Below are positions 38,701 through 42,489 of a DNA stretch of 42,489 nt, piece after piece (the stretch's first letter is position 1; every line of letters begins with the position of its first letter). Location: assembly GCF_964204645.1 (NCBI RefSeq), contig NW_027437486.1, positions 1-42,489 of the forward strand, written 5' to 3'. The DNA is from Tubulanus polymorphus (Eukaryota > Animalia > Nemertea). Position numbers and translations under genes: made by a program. Below the pieces are notes generated by a model that was not told where the DNA came from, made no database searches, and worked only from the letters and a program-made list of their open reading frames with translations.

Positions 38701-41700
38701 GGTCGTAACGCTGATCAAGGCCCGGTCAGCACTTAGTCGTTTTTCGAACAACAACCGCCGACACACTGACTAACGGGCGGACGACTGTCCTAGTGCCTCC
38801 CTCCCTCCCTCACTGCACCGGGTCGTAACGCTGATCATGGCCCGGTCAGCACTTAGTCGTTTTCGAACAACCACCGCCGGCACACTGACGAACGGATGGA
38901 CGACCGACCTACTGCCTCCCTCCCTCCCTCACTGCACCGGGTCGTAACGCTGATCAAGGCCCGGTCAGCACTTAGTCGTTTTTCGAACAACCATCACTGC
39001 CGGCACACTGATAAACGGACGGACGACCGACCTACTGCCTCCCTCCCTCCCTCAATGCTCCGGGTCGTAACGCTGATCAAGGCCCGGTCAGCACTTAGTC
39101 GTTTTTCGAACTACTACCGCCGGCACACTGACGAACGGATGGACGACCGACCTACTGCCTCCCTCCCTCCCTCCCTGACCAGCGCTGGGTCGTAACGCTG
39201 ATCAAGGCCCGGTCAGCCCTTAGTCGTTTTTCCAACAACCATCACTGCCGGCACACTGACAAACGGACGGACAACCGACCTACTGCCTCCCTCCCTCCCT
39301 CCCTCAATGCTCTGGGTCGTAACGCTGATCAAGGCCCGGTCAGCACTTTGTCGTTTTTCGAACTACCACCGCCGGCACACTGACGAACGGACGGACGACC
39401 GACCTACTGCCTCCCTCCCTCCCTCCCTGACCGGTGCCGGGTCGTAACGCTGATCAAGGCCCGGTCAGCACTTAGTCGTTTTTCGAACTACTACCGCCGG
39501 CACACTGACGAACGGATGGACGACCGACCTACTGCCTCCCTCCCTCCTTCCCTGACCAGCGCTGGGTCGTAACGCTGATCAAGGCCCGGTCAGCCCTTAG
39601 TCGTTTTTCGAACAACGATCACTGCCGGCACACTGACAAACGGACGGACAACCGACGTACTGCCTCCCTCCCTCCCTCAATGCTCTGGGTCGTAACGCTG
39701 ATCAAGGCCCGGTCAGCACTTTGTCGTTTTTCGAACTACCACCGCCGGCACACTGACGAACGGACGGACGACCGACCTACTGCCTCCCTCCCTCCCTCCC
39801 TGACCGGTGCCGGGTCGTAACGCTGATCAAGGCCCGGTCAGCACTTAGTCGTTTTTCGAACAACCACCGCCGGCACACTGACGAACGAACGGACGACCGA
39901 CCTACTGCCACCCTCCCTCCCTTCCTGACCGGTGCCGGGTCGTAACGCTGTTCATGGCCCGGTCAGCACTTAGTCGTTTTTCGAACAACAACCGCCGACA
40001 CACTGACTAACGGGCGGACGACAGTCCTAGTGCCTCCCTCCCTCCCTCACTGCGCCGGGTCGTAACGCTGATCATGGACCGGTCAGCACTTAGTCGTTTT
40101 TCGAACAGCAACCGCCGACACACTGACCAACGGGCGGACGACGGACCTACTGCCTCCCTCCCTCCCTCAATGCTCCGGGTCGTAACGCTGATCAAGGCCC
40201 GGTCAGCACTTAGTCGTTTTTCGAACAACCACCGCCGGCACACTGACGACCGGACGGACGACTGACCTACTGCCTCTCTCCCTCCCTCACTGCACCGGGT
40301 CGTAACGCTGATCTAGGCCCGGTCAGCACTTAGTCGTTTTTCGAACAACAACCGCCGGCACACTGACTAACGGGCGGACGACGGACCTACTGCCTCCCTC
40401 CCTCCCTCCCTCACTGCTCCGGGTCGTAACGCTGATCAAGGCCCGGTCAGCACTTAGTCGTTTTTCGAACAACCACCGCCGGCACACTGACGAACGGATG
40501 GACGACCGACCTACTGCCTCCCTCCCTCCCTCCCTCACTGCACCGGGTCGTAACGCTGATCAAGGCCCGGTCAGCACTTAGTCGTTTTTCGAACTACCAC
40601 CGCCGGCACACTGACGAACGGATGGACGACCGACCTACTGCCTCCCTCCCTCCCTCCCTGACCAGCGCCGGGATGTAACGCTGATCAAGGCCCGGTCAGC
40701 CCTTAGTCGTTTTTCGAACAACCACCGCCGGCACACTGACGAACGGACGGACGACCGACCTACTGCCTCCCTCCCTCCCTCACTGCACCGGGTCGTAACG
40801 CTGATCATGGCCCGGTCAGCACTTAGTCTTTTTTCGAACTACCACCGCCGGCACACTGACGAACGGACGGACGACCGACCTACTGCCTCCCTCCCTCCCT
40901 CCCTGACCGGTGCCGGGTCGTAACGCTGATCAAGGCCCGGTCAGCACTTAGTCGTTTTTCGAACAACCACCGCCGGCACACTGACGAACGAACGGACGAC
41001 CGACCTACTGCCTCCCTCCCTCCCTCAATGCTCCGGGTCGTAACGCTGATCAAGGCCCGGTCAGCACTTAGTCGTTTTTCGAACAACCACCACCGGCACA
41101 CTGGCGAACGGACGGACGACCGACCTACTGCCTCCCTCCCTCCCTCACTGCACCGGGTCGTAACGCTGATCAAGGCCCGGTCAGCACTTAGTCGTTTTTC
41201 GAACAACCACCACCGGCACACTGACGAACGGACGGACGACCGACCTACTGCCTCCCTCCCTCCCTCCCTGACCGGTGCCGGGTCGTAACGCTGATCAAGG
41301 CCCGGTCAGCACTTAGTCGTTTTTCGAACAACCACCGCCGGCACACTGACGAACGGATGGACGACCGACCTACTGCCTCCCTCCCTCCCTCCCTCACTGC
41401 ACCGGGTCGTAACGCTGATCAAGACCCGGTCAGCACTTAGTCGTTTTTCGAACAACCACCGCCGGCACACTGACGAACGGACGGACGACCGACCTACTGC
41501 CTCCCTCCATCCCTCACTGCACCGGGTCGTAACGCTGATCAAGGCCCGGTCAGCACTTAGTCGTTTTTCGAACTACCACCGCCGGCACACTGACGAACGG
41601 ATGGACGACCGACCTACTGCCTCCCTCCCTCCCTCCCTCACTGCACCGGATCGTAACGCTGATCAAGGCCCGGTCAGCACTTAGTCGTTTTTCGAACAAC

Positions 41701-42489
41701 CACCGCCGGCACACTGACGAACGGATGGACGACCGACCTACTGTCCCCCTCCCTCCCACACTGCTCCGGGTCGTAACGCTGATCAAGGCCCGGTCAGCAC
41801 TTAGTCTTTTTCGAACTACCACCGCCGGCACACTGACGAACGGACGGACGACCGACCTACTGCCTTCCTCCCTCCCTCCCTGACCGGTGCCGGGTCGTAA
41901 CGCTGATCAAGGCCCGGTCAGCACTTAGTCGTTTTTCGAACAACCACCGCCGGCACACTGACGAACGAACGGACGACCGACCTACTGCCACCCTCCCTCC
42001 CTTCCTGACCGGTGCCGGGTCGTAACGCTGTTCATGGCCCGGTCAGCACTTAGTCGTTTTTCGAACAACAACCGCCGACACACTGACTAACGGGCGGACG
42101 ACTGTCCTAGTGCCTCCCTCCCTCCCTCACTGCACCGGGTCGTAACGCTGATCAAGGCCCGGTCAGCACTTAGTCGTTTTTCGAACAACCACCGCCGGCA
42201 CACTGACGAACGGATGGACGACCGACCTACTGCCTCCCTCCCTCCCTCACTGCACCGGGTCGTAACGCTGATCAAGGCCCGGTCAGCACTTAGTCGTTTT
42301 TCGAACAACCATCACTGCCGGCACACTGATAAACGGACGGACGACCGACCTACTGCCTCCCTCCCTCCCTCCCTGACCGGTGCCGGGTCGTAACGCTGAT
42401 CAAGGCCCGGTCAGCACTTAGTCGTTTTTCGAACAACCACCGCCGGCACACTGACGAACGAACGGACGACCGACCTACTGCCACCCTCC
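35760..42489. repeat. Mosaic third copy: block like 8.2-10.8 kb / 14.8-15.9 kb followed by block like 16.7-20.2 kb (partial 29-mer HOR)
   Basis: ORF offsets 27,574 (8572/36146), 21,542 (15342/36884), 27,938 (9546/37484), 22,025-22,033 (16871/38896, 17974/40007, 19273/41306). Confidence 0.82.

Larger units (their letters stand above)
1..42489. repeat. Tandem satellite DNA array, 120-125-bp GC-rich monomer, ~345-350 copies, all in the same orientation, running off both window ends
   Basis: The motif GGGTCGTAACGCTGATCAAGGCCCGGTCAGCACTTAGTCGTTTTTCGAAC recurs every 119-128 bp almost throughout (starts at 940, 1060, 1180, 1300, 1424, 1548...). Length classes are 120, 123 (+3 at AACCATCACTG), 124 (+CCCT), 125 (CCCTGACCGGTGCC end) and 128, with rare longer exceptions. 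No non-repeat sequence was seen. Confidence 0.99.

Noticed and set aside
151-42308. All ORFs in the track (+ frame RVVTLIKARSALSRFSNNH..., - frame LFEKRLSADRALISVTTR...)
   Set aside because: 120 and 123 are multiples of 3 and one frame per strand lacks stops, so ORFs arise automatically. Abundant 124/125/128-bp monomers frameshift them every few units (longest 158 aa), and there is no recognisable domain.
1-42489. CRISPR-like layout (constant ~50 bp plus variable ~70 bp)
   Set aside because: The 'spacers' are all homologous variants of one sequence and recur in HORs. No cas genes or leader are present.
1-42489. Functional 5S rDNA array, rDNA spacer subrepeats, or a rolling-circle/amplification concatemer
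   Set aside because: There is no full 5S sequence or spacer and no rRNA gene in 42 kb. Structured, inherited variant classes with nested, non-constant periods do not fit copies of a single circle.

Overview
The whole 42,489-bp window is one uninterrupted, head-to-tail tandem satellite array, most likely eukaryotic heterochromatic or centromere-like DNA; the organism cannot be identified from the sequence. It holds roughly 345-350 monomers of 120-125 bp. The common 120-mer is GGGTCGTAACGCTGATCAAGGCCCGGTCAGCACTTAGTCGTTTTTCGAAC-AACCACCGCCGGCACACTGACGAACGGACGGACGACCGACCTACTGCCTCCCTCCCTCCCTCACTGCACC (hand count: 74/120 GC, 47 C vs 27 G, 13 CpG). I see no genes, RNA genes, transposon insertions, inversions or CRISPR array. 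All listed ORFs are translations of the same 40-codon repeat frame. The structure of interest lies inside the array. Each monomer has a near-invariant ~50-bp box with a hairpin, two palindromes and a T5 tract, followed by a ~70-bp variable part that defines several monomer classes and ends in a (CCCT)n G4/i-motif tract. Monomers are ordered hierarchically: a 3-mer inside a 29-mer 3,556-bp higher-order repeat (HOR), inside a ~16.7-kb super-repeat. The array also shows readable recombination scars, a mutation cluster at a 14-bp duplication, an older diverged domain at ~28.6-35.8 kb, and two tracts of probable consensus errors. Block boundaries are approximate (by-eye alignment plus ORF-track offsets).
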